From: Thermoanaerobaculia bacterium
Lineage (GTDB): Bacteria; Acidobacteriota; Thermoanaerobaculia; UBA5066
Direction of reading: 5' to 3'
Assembly: GCA_963719225.1 (NCBI GenBank)
Contig: CAVRAY010000001.1
Span: 1,696,001-1,760,000, forward strand
Length of the DNA: 64,000 nt
The notes below the pieces were generated by a model that did not search any database, was not told the origin of the DNA, and saw only the letters and a list, made by a program, of their open reading frames with translations. The stretch's first letter is position 1. Every line of letters begins with the position of its first letter. Positions 1-8,613 of the stretch are shown here, piece by piece. Both the position numbers and the translations under genes were made by a program.

Positions 1-453
1 GCCCGGACGCGTCCGTGCGAGGAACGCCTGCAGGACGAGCGGAGCGAGAAAAGCGGCAAAGACGGCCGCCGGCAGGCCGAACGCGAGGGGCGGCAGAGTC
101 CCGACCTCGAGAATCGAGCCGGTCGCACCGGCGAGGAGTCGGTAGCAGAACGCCGTCAGGCCCGCCGCGACGAGATTCCACGCGGTGCCCACGAGGATCG
201 GGTCCGCCCGCCCCGCGACGGCGAACAGGGCGAATGCGGCCCCGGCGAAAAGGCCCGCAGCGGCGGCGGCGAGCAGCGCGAGGTGAGGACCGGCTCCGGA
301 GCGTGCCGCGGCGAAAGCCGTGAACGCCCCGACGAGCATCGTGCCCTCGAGCCCGATCTGGATCGACCCCGCGCGCTCCAGCAGGAGCTCGCCCGCCGCC
401 GCGAGGAGGAGCGGCGCGGCGAGGAGCAGCGCGACGCCGAGAAAGCCGCTCAT
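1..453 (-). CDS. Nucleoside/sugar ABC transporter permease (YufQ/NupQ-like), 3' end truncated by window edge
   Basis: Not in the ORF track. Manual translation from ATG at 453 gives MSGFLGVALLLAAPLLLAAAGELLLERAGSIQIGLEGTMLVGAF, carrying the 'ERAG..NIGLEG' permease signature. ATGA overlap with the upstream permease stop. Confidence 0.85.
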   Translation of the reverse strand, partial: MSGFLGVALLLAAPLLLAAAGELLLERAGSIQIGLEGTMLVGAFTAFAAARSGAGPHLALLAAAAAGLFAGAAFALFAVAGRADPILVGTAWNLVAAGLTAFCYRLLAGATGSILEVGTLPPLAFGLPAAVFAAFLAPLVLQAFLARTRPG

Positions 454-1472
454 GCCGTCTTCCGCGAAAGGCGCGCCCGCGCCGCGAGGACCGCGAGGAC
501 GAGGACGCCCGGCACGATCGTGGCGAGCGCCCCCGGCACCCCCGTGTCGCGCTGCATCGCGGAAGAGCCGGCGCCGAGCGCCGCGAAAAGGAGCGCCGAA
601 GCCGCGGCCGCGAGCGGGTGAGATCCTCCGAGCAGGGCCGCGGCGATGCCGGTGTAGCCGGCGCCCTCGGCGAAGGGATCGTAGAGACGGCCCGTCACCG
701 CCAGCACCTCGAGGCCTCCCGCGAGGCCGGCGAGCGCGCCGGAGCCCGCGAAGGCGAGGAGCCGAAGGCGGGCGTGGGGAAGGCCGATCGCCCTGGCGGC
801 TGCCGGGGCGCAGCCCGTCGCGCGCAGCTTCAGGCCCAGCGGCGTCCGCTCGAGGAGGAGCGTTGCGAGGATCGCGAGCGCAAGGGCGATGAGGATCGCG
901 GCCGTCACGCGGGCGCCGGCGGCGAGGGGTGGGAGGCGCACGGCGTCCGGGAGCGCGCGGCTCTGCGGGTAATCGCCGCCCGGATCCTGCAGCGCGCCGC
1001 GCACGAGACCGCTCACGGCCGCGACGGCGACGAGGTTGAGGAGGATCGTCGACAGCACCTCCGGGACTCCGCGCCGTGCCTCGAGGTACGCGGCCGGGAG
1101 GACCCAGAGCGCGCCCGCGAGCGCCGCCGCTGCGAGGAGTCCGACGCGCGCGGCCAAAGGGCTTCCGTCGAGAAGAGGCCCGATGGCCGCCGAGGCCGCG
1201 GCTCCCGCGAGGAATTGTCCCTCCAGCCCGATGTTCAGGACGCCGGCGCGGAAGGCGAGGCTCGCGCCGACCGCCGTGAGGATGAGCGCGGACGCCCGCG
1301 CGAGCGTCTCACCGAGCGCCGCCCGGGAACCCGCCGCGCCTTCGACGAGGGCACGGAGCGCGTCGAGAGGCGACGCCCCCGCGAGGAGAGCGAGGCCGAC
1401 GAGCGCAGCCGCGGCCGCCGAGACGACGACGGCCACGACCGCGAGACGACGGGCGGTCGAGTTCCGGCTCAT
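450..1472 (-). CDS. Nucleoside/sugar ABC transporter permease (YufP/NupP-like)
   Basis: 'FRAGVLNIGLEGQF', 'EVLSTILLN' and 'GYTGIAAALLG' motifs. Start placed at ATG 1472 (MSRNSTARR), overlapping the ATPase stop. Confidence 0.88.
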   Translation of the reverse strand: MSRNSTARRLAVVAVVVSAAAAALVGLALLAGASPLDALRALVEGAAGSRAALGETLARASALILTAVGASLAFRAGVLNIGLEGQFLAGAAASAAIGPLLDGSPLAARVGLLAAAALAGALWVLPAAYLEARRGVPEVLSTILLNLVAVAAVSGLVRGALQDPGGDYPQSRALPDAVRLPPLAAGARVTAAILIALALAILATLLLERTPLGLKLRATGCAPAAARAIGLPHARLRLLAFAGSGALAGLAGGLEVLAVTGRLYDPFAEGAGYTGIAAALLGGSHPLAAAASALLFAALGAGSSAMQRDTGVPGALATIVPGVLVLAVLAARARLSRKTA

Positions 1473-3079
1473 CCTTCGAGCCCGGCCATCAGGCGTCCGA
1501 GCTCGGTGGAGGGCGCTGTCCGCTCGAGTACGGCCGAGAGACGGCCTCGGTAGACGACACGAATCGGCGCGCCGAAGAGCTGGGCTTCGTCGGGATCCGC
1601 CGTAACGACGAGCGCCGCCGTCCCCGAGCGGCACGCGTCGAGGATCCGGATCCTGACCGCGGCGGCGGAGGCGACATCGAGGCCCCTCGTCGGATGGACG
1701 GCGAGAAGAACGACGGGCGGATTCGCGAGCTCGCGCGCGAGCACGGCCTTCTGCTGATTCCCGCCGGAGAGAGAGCCGGCCGGGGCTTCGGGAGAAGCGT
1801 AGCGGACGCCGAACGCGCTCAGCCGCTCCTCGGCATGAGCGCGCATCTTCGCGCGGTCGAGGAAGATGCGGCCTGGAGGATTCGGCAGCGAGAGATTCTC
1901 CGAGAGGGGCAGCGCCGCCACGAGCCCCTCGTCGCGCCTGTCCGCGGGCACGAAAGCTCCCCCACAGGCGCGAAACGCGAGCGGATCGCCCGCGGTCGGG
2001 AGCGGTACCCCGCCGATGTCCACGCGTCCCGAGAACGGCTCGAGCCCCGCGATCGCGCGGGCGATGTCGTCGGCGCCGTTTCCGTCGATCGCGAGGAGGA
2101 CGAGGAGCTCGCCGGGAAGAAGAGAGAAAGAAATTCTTTCTGTTCGGACCGCTCGCGCCTGCTCTGGTCCGAAGCCGCTGACTTCGAGGCTTTTGACAGG
2201 GCGTTGCGCGGCGCTTCGCGCCGCGTGCCTAGAAGGGTGAGTCTTGCTGGTGCGCGTCGGTGTGCCGGAGCGCCTCACGAGCGGCACGTCGCCCTCTTCA
2301 CCCTCTAAGAAAATCTTCTCTTTCTCTTCTTCTTTTCTGCTCCCTCCGATTTCCGCGTTTGCGAGCAGAAGGTTCCCGATCTCCTCACGAGTCGTCTCGC
2401 CGATCAGACAGGTCTTCAACGTCCGGCCCCGCGCGAGGAGCGTCAGCCTGTCGGCGCCTGCGAACACTTCGGCGAGCCGGTGCGTGATGACGACGACGGC
2501 GGCACCGACCTCAGTGCGCTTTCGCAGCGCGGAAAAGAGGGCTGCCGTCTCGTCGGGAGAGAGGACCGCCGTCGGCTCGTCGAGGATCAGGACGTCCGGG
2601 TTGCCGGCGAGGGCGCCCGCGATCTCGATGCGCTGGCGGGTCCCGACGGGCAGCGATTCGGCGCGGGCATCCGCGTCGCCCAGCTCGAGAGCGAACGCCT
2701 GTGCGAGGCGGCCGACGCGCGCGCGCCGCGACCCAGCGGATTCGAAGAATGGCGCCGCGGAATCGAGAAAAGCGAGGTTGTCGGCGACGCTCGCGGCCCC
2801 GATCAGTAGATCGTGCTGCGGCACCAGAACGAGCCCGGCACGGCGGGCGTCGCGCGCGCCGCGAAACGACACCGGGGTCCCCCCTCGCAGGATCTCGCCT
2901 GAATCGGCCGCGAGCCTCCCCGCGGCGATCGACACGAGCGTGGATTTTCCCGCGCCGTTCTCGCCGAGGAGGGCGTGGATCTCTCCGGGAAAGACGACGA
3001 GATCTGCTTCGGAAAGAGCCTGTGTATCGCCGAAGCGCTTCGAGATGCGGCGGAGCTCGAGAGCCGCTCTTCTCGTCAG
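1469..3079 (-). CDS. ABC transporter ATP-binding protein with two ABC domains (MglA/YufO-like)
   Basis: Walker A GENGAGKST, 'LILDEPT' and 'LSGGNQQK' motifs. Start uncertain (CTG at 3079 overlapping the BMP stop, or slightly downstream). Interdomain linker is unusually long. Confidence 0.88.
   Translation of the reverse strand: MTRRAALELRRISKRFGDTQALSEADLVVFPGEIHALLGENGAGKSTLVSIAAGRLAADSGEILRGGTPVSFRGARDARRAGLVLVPQHDLLIGAASVADNLAFLDSAAPFFESAGSRRARVGRLAQAFALELGDADARAESLPVGTRQRIEIAGALAGNPDVLILDEPTAVLSPDETAALFSALRKRTEVGAAVVVITHRLAEVFAGADRLTLLARGRTLKTCLIGETTREEIGNLLLANAEIGGSRKEEEKEKIFLEGEEGDVPLVRRSGTPTRTSKTHPSRHAARSAAQRPVKSLEVSGFGPEQARAVRTERISFSLLPGELLVLLAIDGNGADDIARAIAGLEPFSGRVDIGGVPLPTAGDPLAFRACGGAFVPADRRDEGLVAALPLSENLSLPNPPGRIFLDRAKMRAHAEERLSAFGVRYASPEAPAGSLSGGNQQKAVLARELANPPVVLLAVHPTRGLDVASAAAVRIRILDACRSGTAALVVTADPDEAQLFGAPIRVVYRGRLSAVLERTAPSTELGRLMAGLEG
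2207..2338. repeat. Paired dispersed motif, locus 1 (ABC ATPase linker)
   Basis: Plus copy CCTAGAAGGGTGA (2228-2240). Minus copy AGAAGATTTTCTTAGAGGGTGAAGAGG with a long purine tract. Confidence 0.75.
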
Positions 3080-4053
3080 AAATTCCCCCGTGGCACGACG
3101 AGGGCTCCTGCCTTGATCCTCTCTCCCGTCGTTTTCGCCTCTTCGACGACCGGAGGCGGGACCCTTGCGAGCGCGGCCGGATTCCACACGAACGAGATCA
3201 CGCCGCTCGAAAGGCCGTAGCGCAGAGGTTGGCCGTCGAACTTCCCGTCCCTGGCGCGGCGCGCAGTCTCGACGAACGCGCGCGGCATGTCGATGACGGC
3301 CGACGCGAGGACGGCCGGGGAGAGAGCGTTCTGGTCCTTGTTAGTGCCGAAGGCCCAGATCGTCCGTTCTTCGGCCCCCTTGAAGACGCCGAGCGCCGCG
3401 GCATCCGCGTTCTGGAAGAGGAAGTCGCACCCCCTGTCCGCGAGCGCGAGCGTGGCGGCCTTCGCCCCCGCGACGTCCTCGAAGGAGCCCGTGAAGACGG
3501 GCTGTGTGCTCCCGCCGGGACGTCCCGCCCGAAAGCCCGCCTCGAAAGCGAGGAACGTGGACTTGATCGAAGGAAGCTCCACGCCGCCGACCATTCCGGC
3601 CTTGCCGGACTTCGTCATTCGGCCCGCCACGAGGCCGCACAGATATGCGGCCTGTTCCAGCTCGAAGACGATGGGCGCGAGGTTCGGTCCCGTCCGCGAG
3701 CCGGAGGTCGTCACGAAGATCGTCTTCGGGTATTCCTTCGCCACGCGCGCCGCAGCGTCCTGGAACTCGAACCCGTGGCCGAACACGAGGCGCGTGTCCT
3801 TCGCCGCGTAGGCGCGGAACTGCTCCTCGAACTCCGAAGGCGATTTCACCTGCACGTGGGAGATGGAGGCTCCCAGCTCTTTCTCGATCGCCTTGAGGCC
3901 GTCGTAGGCGCCGGCGTTCCAGCCGGCGTCCGAAATGGGTCCGGGCGTCAGAAGCGCGACGCTGAATCCGGCGGGACGGGCAGGCGTTTCGTTCCTGCCG
4001 CAGGAGACGAAGAGGAGGGCGGCGGCCGCCGGGAGGAGGGCGCGACGCTTCAT
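3076..4053 (-). CDS. BMP-family ABC substrate-binding lipoprotein (nucleoside-binding)
   Basis: Lipobox LFVSC, 'GPISDAGWNAGAYDGL' and 'GHGFEF' motifs. Heads the ABC operon. Confidence 0.9.
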   Translation of the reverse strand: MKRRALLPAAAALLFVSCGRNETPARPAGFSVALLTPGPISDAGWNAGAYDGLKAIEKELGASISHVQVKSPSEFEEQFRAYAAKDTRLVFGHGFEFQDAAARVAKEYPKTIFVTTSGSRTGPNLAPIVFELEQAAYLCGLVAGRMTKSGKAGMVGGVELPSIKSTFLAFEAGFRAGRPGGSTQPVFTGSFEDVAGAKAATLALADRGCDFLFQNADAAALGVFKGAEERTIWAFGTNKDQNALSPAVLASAVIDMPRAFVETARRARDGKFDGQPLRYGLSSGVISFVWNPAALARVPPPVVEEAKTTGERIKAGALVVPRGNF

Positions 4054-4088
4054 GTCTCGATTATGCCGTCGCGACCTATCATCGAAAG
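4054..4088. promoter_or_regulatory. Back-to-back leaderless promoters
   Basis: CATAAT on the minus strand (4065-4060) and TATCAT on the plus strand (4077-4082), each exactly 6 nt before its ATG. No Shine-Dalgarno possible. Confidence 0.6.
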
Positions 4089-4694
4089 ATGACTTTCGAC
4101 CTCGACGCGACGGCTCGAGAGCGCATCCGCGACTTCGTGAGGCCCCTCTCCGTCGGTCTCGACGGCGTCACGAACTTCGGCTACGTGGAGAGAAGACTGA
4201 GGATTTCGGAGAGGTTCTTAGAAGGTGAAGAAGGGGAGGGAGGCGCTGCGGGCGGCCTGCGGGCCGACCCGAACCGCCTGTTCCTTCTCGCCGCGTTTGC
4301 CGGCCTCCCGTCAGTGCGCCGCATCACCCACGATAGCCGCGAAGAGCTGCTCCTGCGCTCCCTTCACATTCCATTCGAGGAAATCACCTCTCTTTCTCTT
4401 TCTCTTTCCAACCTCGAGTCTTCGCCCGAATCGCCCGAGGAGAAGATCGTCCACGACGCGATGCTCCTCGAGTCCGTGGGCGCATATGGAGTCACCCAGC
4501 TCCTCGTCGCGGGCGCGCGCGAACGGATGACGCTGGCCGAGATGGCGCGGGAGATCCTGGAGAAGATGGAGTCGGCCGTCTTCACGACCGCGGCCGCCCG
4601 GGGCCTGGCGGCCGATCGAGTCGCCTTCGCGACGCTCTTCGCGCGGAAGCTCGCCGAGGAGGCAGCGGAATTCGAGGCCGTCGCGCCGAGGTGA
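4089..4694 (+). CDS. HD-domain-fold protein lacking catalytic His/Asp residues
   Basis: 'PESPEEKIVHDAMLLESVGAYGV' resembles the C-terminal motif of YedJ-type HD hydrolases. The HD motif position reads 'LAAFAGL'. Confidence 0.55.
   Translation: MTFDLDATARERIRDFVRPLSVGLDGVTNFGYVERRLRISERFLEGEEGEGGAAGGLRADPNRLFLLAAFAGLPSVRRITHDSREELLLRSLHIPFEEITSLSLSLSNLESSPESPEEKIVHDAMLLESVGAYGVTQLLVAGARERMTLAEMAREILEKMESAVFTTAAARGLAADRVAFATLFARKLAEEAAEFEAVAPR
4211..4408. repeat. Paired dispersed motif, locus 2 (HD-like gene)
   Basis: Plus copy TTCTTAGAAGGTGAAG (4215). Minus copy GATTTCCTCGAATGGAATGTGAAGG with a purine tract. Confidence 0.75.
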
Positions 4695-5104
4695 CTCCGG
4701 CGCCGTCATACGGATCGGCCCGAAAAGCCACTCAGAGGCGAAGCGCAGCCCGAGTAGGCGACGAAGACCTCCGGCGGCTCTTCGCGGAGAGGCGGGTGTC
4801 GGACGAAAAGGAGGCGCCGCCGTTCCGAGGGCTCCTCGAGAGCCAACGGTCCGGCGCCCGCCCGGCGCGGAGAGTCGTGCCGAGGCTGGTCGTCGCGGCC
4901 GCGGCGATCTTCGTGGTCGCCCTCTCGCTGGCGCTGTTTTCCCGAAGGCCGCGGCCCGACATCGACATCGGGGAATGGAAGGCGCCGACGGATTTCCTCC
5001 TCGAAGCCTCCTACCCGGACCTTTTCGACACGACGCCGCCGCTCCTGGAAGCGGTTCCGGACTACGCCCCCCTCCTGAAGACCGAGAAAGGAAGCACGTC
5101 ATGA
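4691..5104 (+). CDS. Small single-TM protein, anti-sigma-like
   Basis: One hydrophobic helix followed by 'WKAPTDFLL', immediately upstream of a Spy/CpxP-like gene. N-terminus uncertain. Confidence 0.45.
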   Translation: MTPAPSYGSARKATQRRSAARVGDEDLRRLFAERRVSDEKEAPPFRGLLESQRSGARPARRVVPRLVVAAAAIFVVALSLALFSRRPRPDIDIGEWKAPTDFLLEASYPDLFDTTPPLLEAVPDYAPLLKTEKGSTS

Positions 5105-5411
5105 GAATCAGCACGAAGGTCGCAGTGGTCACGACGCGCAGCGCCAGAGCATCCGTGCAGAGCTCCAGAAGACTCAGCCGAAGTTCCTGGACCTTCAGCT
5201 CGACATCCAGGCTGAGGTGGAGAAGATGACGCAGCTCCTCCAGGAAAAGCCCGTGGAAGAGGCAAAGGTCATGGCCCAGCTCGACCGCGTTCTCACGATC
5301 GAGAATCAGGCGAAGAAGACGCAGATCGCTCTACTCGTGAGGATCAAGAATCTCCTGACGCCCGGGCAGCAGACGAAGATGAGCGCCCTGCAGAAGGGCG
5401 AAGGAAGGTGA
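5101..5411 (+). pseudogene. Periplasmic heavy-metal-sensor (Spy/CpxP/ZraP-like) gene with an apparent frameshifting deletion
   Basis: ATG 5101 (RBS, ATGA overlap) gives MRISTKVAVV. The family-like sequence DAQRQSIRAELQKTQPKFLDLQ...LLVRIKNLLTPGQQ starts near 5133 in a different frame. Confidence 0.55.
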
Positions 5412-5414
5412 CGC

Positions 5415-6215
5415 TCAGTCTCCTTTGATCGATCGTCCCGCGTCGACCGAAACGACCTGGCCCGTCATGGAACGATTCTCGAGCACGGCGATGGCGATCT
5501 CCATGAGGTCTTTGACGTCGACTTTTCGCTCGAGAGGCGTCCTGGCGACGAGAGCGGCGACGGTTTCTTCCGGCATGTCGTCCGGGGGCATCACGATGCC
5601 CGGGGCGATCCCGTTCACGCGCACGTCCGGTCCGAGCGCGACGGCGAGGTTCCCGACGAGGACGTTGATCGCGGCCTTCGCGGCTACGTGCGGGATATGC
5701 GAGGGCCAGGCCTGCGTTGCCGCCACGTCGGAGACGAGGAGGATCGACCCCTGCGCCGCGCGAAGCGCCGGCGCCGCGGCCTGAGCCAGGAAGAACGCCG
5801 CGCGGGGGCCGGCGCGAAAGACGGCCTCCCAGTCGGAGAGCGTCACCGAAGAAAAGGGCTTCGGAATCCAGGGCGACGCGGCGTGGACGAGAGCGTCGAG
5901 GCGGGGAGAAGAGGGATGAAGAAGCGAAGGCGAAGAGGAAGAAAAAAGAGACGAAGAGAAGATTTCTTCGAATAGTTTGAGGGGCGCGTCGTCGGCGGCG
6001 AGATCGGCTCGGAACGCTTCGGCGCGGGCTCCCTCTTCCTTTCTAAGAAAATCTACTGCGCGACCTGCCGCGTCGGCATCGCTTCTGTAGGAAAGAGCCA
6101 GCGAATAGCCGCTTCTCGCGAGCGCCTTCGCGAACTCGAACCCGAGCCGCTTCGCGCCGCCCGTCACGAGGGCGACCCTCTCGACGGTCTTCGCTTCCCT
6201 CTTCGTGTCCCTCAC
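5415..6215 (-). CDS. Short-chain dehydrogenase, pteridine reductase (FolM/PTR1)-like
   Basis: 'ALVTGGAKRLG', 'VRVNGIAPG' and 'MTGQVVSVDAG' motifs. GTG 6215 overlaps the upstream stop. Confidence 0.85.
   Translation of the reverse strand: MRDTKREAKTVERVALVTGGAKRLGFEFAKALARSGYSLALSYRSDADAAGRAVDFLRKEEGARAEAFRADLAADDAPLKLFEEIFSSSLFSSSSPSLLHPSSPRLDALVHAASPWIPKPFSSVTLSDWEAVFRAGPRAAFFLAQAAAPALRAAQGSILLVSDVAATQAWPSHIPHVAAKAAINVLVGNLAVALGPDVRVNGIAPGIVMPPDDMPEETVAALVARTPLERKVDVKDLMEIAIAVLENRSMTGQVVSVDAGRSIKGD
5906..6054. repeat. Paired dispersed motif, locus 3 (SDR gene)
   Basis: Plus: about 55-nt purine tract then AGATTTCTTCGAA (core 5964). Minus copy GATTTTCTTAGAAAGGAAGAGGG (core 6041-6049). Confidence 0.75.
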
Positions 6216-6727
6216 GGCGCCGCGGCCTCGCTCCCCGGCGGGACGACCGTGGCGGCTTCGTCCATGAGCTGGTTCGTCTCGGCCATGGCCACGACCTCCC
6301 GGCCGAAGGCCAGAACGTGGAGGGCCACGCAGAAGACGGCCGCGACCAGGTGCAGAGAGGCGGGTGTATTTCCCGTGTGCGCGGTCACGCCGAGGAGGCC
6401 GGTGGCCAGAGCGGACAGCGGAGCGAAGGTGCAGAGGGCGGATGTCCTGATCTTGAACGCTCTGACCCGGCCCAGGATGAAATCCCGGCCGGCCGGATCC
6501 GGACGCTTCGCGGCGGCTTCCTTGAGGAGCTTTCCCGTGCCAATGAAGAAGAAGAGGACCATCGACTGGGTGAACAGGGAGAAGAGCACCGTCGGAATCG
6601 CGACCGCGATGTGGGGCGCGGCGGTGACCGACCCACCGAGGGCATGCGAGAGCGCCCAACCCGAGACCGCCGACAGAATGAGCCCGACCAGGGTGAAAAT
6701 CGACAGGAGTGTGAGCGCCAGAGCCAC
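6212..6727 (-). CDS. Hypothetical membrane protein, about 4 TM helices
   Basis: Hydrophobic helices with several His residues. Host-like codon usage. TATAGT -10 lies 8 nt upstream of the GTG. Confidence 0.7.
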   Translation of the reverse strand: MALALTLLSIFTLVGLILSAVSGWALSHALGGSVTAAPHIAVAIPTVLFSLFTQSMVLFFFIGTGKLLKEAAAKRPDPAGRDFILGRVRAFKIRTSALCTFAPLSALATGLLGVTAHTGNTPASLHLVAAVFCVALHVLAFGREVVAMAETNQLMDEAATVVPPGSEAAAP

Positions 6728-6781
6728 GGCGTCCCACTATAATCCGTTCGGTTTGCGCACAGTGCGCCGGGAGGCTGCTTC

Positions 6782-8584
6782 ATGACGCCACGGACGCTCG
6801 TCGACATTTTTCGGAATCTCGCGGACACGCCGAAACCCGATCTGCTCCTTTCGAAGCAGGGCGGAAAGTGGATCCCTATCGGCACCGCCGAGTTCATGGA
6901 CCGCGTCAAGGCACTTTCGTCGGCTCTGGAAGGGCTCGGTGTGAAGCAGGGTGGTCGGGTGGCGCTTCTCTCCGAAAACCGTCCCGAGTGGCCGATCGTG
7001 GATTTCGCCTGCCAGTGTTACGGCGCCGTTCTCGTGCCGATCTTTCCCACGATGGTCGCCGAGCAGGCGGCCTATCTCCTCAAGGACTCGGGGGCGACCG
7101 TCGCGTTCGCGTCGACACCCGACCAGGCGGCGAAGATCCTCGGCGCGCAAATGACGTCTCCCGAGGTCAAGCAGACGCTGAAGCACGTGATCGTCTTCGA
7201 GCCCTCGTCGCAGCCCGGCACGACCCCGTACGCGACCGTCGTCGAGGCGGGCCGTGCCGCGTACGCCGCCGACCCGTCCGCGTTCGATAAGCGCGCCGAC
7301 GCGCGCCAGCCCTCCGACCTGGCGACGCTCATCTACACCTCGGGCACGACGGGCGAGCCGAAGGGCGCGATGCTCACGCAGAGCAACTTCGTCTCGAACG
7401 TCGTCGCGGGCTGCTCGATCCTGCCGTTCGACTCCACGGCCGTGGGCCTGTCGTTCCTGCCCCTCTCGCACGTCTTCGAGCGGATGCTCGAGTACTGCTT
7501 CTACCATCGCGCCGCGACGATCGCGTACGCCGAGTCGATCGACAAGCTGCGCGACAACCTCTCCGAGGTCAACCCGCACGTCTTCGGCGCGGTCCCTCGC
7601 GTCTACGAGAAGGTCTACGGACGCGTGCAGGAGAACCTTTCGAAGTCCTCGCCCGGCAAGAGGAAGCTCTTCGAGAAGGCGATCGAGGTCGGAAAGCAGG
7701 TCACGGAGCTGCGCACGAAGAAAAAAACGCCGGGATTCTCGCTCGCGCTCCAGCATTTCATCTTCGATCGGCTCGTCTACCGCAAGGTGCGCGCGGCGCT
7801 CGGCTCGCGGTTCCGGTTCGCCGTCTCCGGGGGGGCGCCGCTCGCCAGAGAGCTGGCGGAGTTCTTCTGGGCCGTCGGCGTCGAGGTTTACGAGGGCTAC
7901 GGGCTCACGGAGACGAGCCCGGTCATCGCCGTCGCCTGCCCGTCCGCGTGGAGACTCGGTACCGTCGGGAAGATCCTGCCGGGAGTCGAGTGCCGCATCG
8001 CGCCGGACGGGGAGATCCTGACACGCGGCCCGCACATCATGAAGGGATACTTCAACAAGCCGAAGGAGACGGCCGAGGCGATCGACGCGGAGGGCTGGTT
8101 TCACACGGGCGACATCGGCCGGATCGACGAGGACGGCTTCCTGATGATCACGGACCGCAAGAAGGAGATCCTCGTCAACTCGAACGGCAAGAACATCGCG
8201 CCGGCGCCGATCGAGGGATTTCTCAAGGGCCATCCCTTCGTCTCGCTCCCGGTCCTCATCGGCGACCGGCGGAAATACCTGTCGTGCCTGCTCATCCCGA
8301 ACTTCGACAAGCTCGCGGGCTGGGCGAAGGAAAACGGGCTCGGCAGCGTCTCGATGGAAGACCTCGTCAAGGAGCCGCGGGTCGTCGCGATCTTCCAGAG
8401 CGCGATCGACGAGTGGAACGCGGGCAAGCCCCACGAGATGCTCATCAACCGCTTCGCGATCCTTCCCCGCGACCTCACGATCGAGAGCGGCGAGCTGACG
8501 CCGACGCTCAAGGTGAAACGCCGGATCATCGATCAGCACTTCAAGCATCTGATCGACGGGATGTACGAGGGAACGGCCGCCTGA
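6782..8584 (+). CDS. fadD: Long-chain-fatty-acid--CoA ligase
   Basis: AMP-binding motif 'IYTSGTTGEPKG', plus 'YEGYGLTE', 'GWFHTGDIG' and 'ELTPTLKVKR'. Confidence 0.92.
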   Translation: MTPRTLVDIFRNLADTPKPDLLLSKQGGKWIPIGTAEFMDRVKALSSALEGLGVKQGGRVALLSENRPEWPIVDFACQCYGAVLVPIFPTMVAEQAAYLLKDSGATVAFASTPDQAAKILGAQMTSPEVKQTLKHVIVFEPSSQPGTTPYATVVEAGRAAYAADPSAFDKRADARQPSDLATLIYTSGTTGEPKGAMLTQSNFVSNVVAGCSILPFDSTAVGLSFLPLSHVFERMLEYCFYHRAATIAYAESIDKLRDNLSEVNPHVFGAVPRVYEKVYGRVQENLSKSSPGKRKLFEKAIEVGKQVTELRTKKKTPGFSLALQHFIFDRLVYRKVRAALGSRFRFAVSGGAPLARELAEFFWAVGVEVYEGYGLTETSPVIAVACPSAWRLGTVGKILPGVECRIAPDGEILTRGPHIMKGYFNKPKETAEAIDAEGWFHTGDIGRIDEDGFLMITDRKKEILVNSNGKNIAPAPIEGFLKGHPFVSLPVLIGDRRKYLSCLLIPNFDKLAGWAKENGLGSVSMEDLVKEPRVVAIFQSAIDEWNAGKPHEMLINRFAILPRDLTIESGELTPTLKVKRRIIDQHFKHLIDGMYEGTAA

Positions 8585-8613
8585 GCCCCGGCTGAAGGGG
8601 AGAGCGGGAACGA

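Noticed and set aside
6737-8548. Long antisense or alternative-frame ORFs (e.g. 6737-8548, 9618-11789, 17412-19316, 43227-45539, 45924-48128, 51882-53576)
   Set aside because: Shadow ORFs caused by high-GC codon bias on or opposite clearly identified genes. They are Arg/Pro/Ala-rich with no family motifs.
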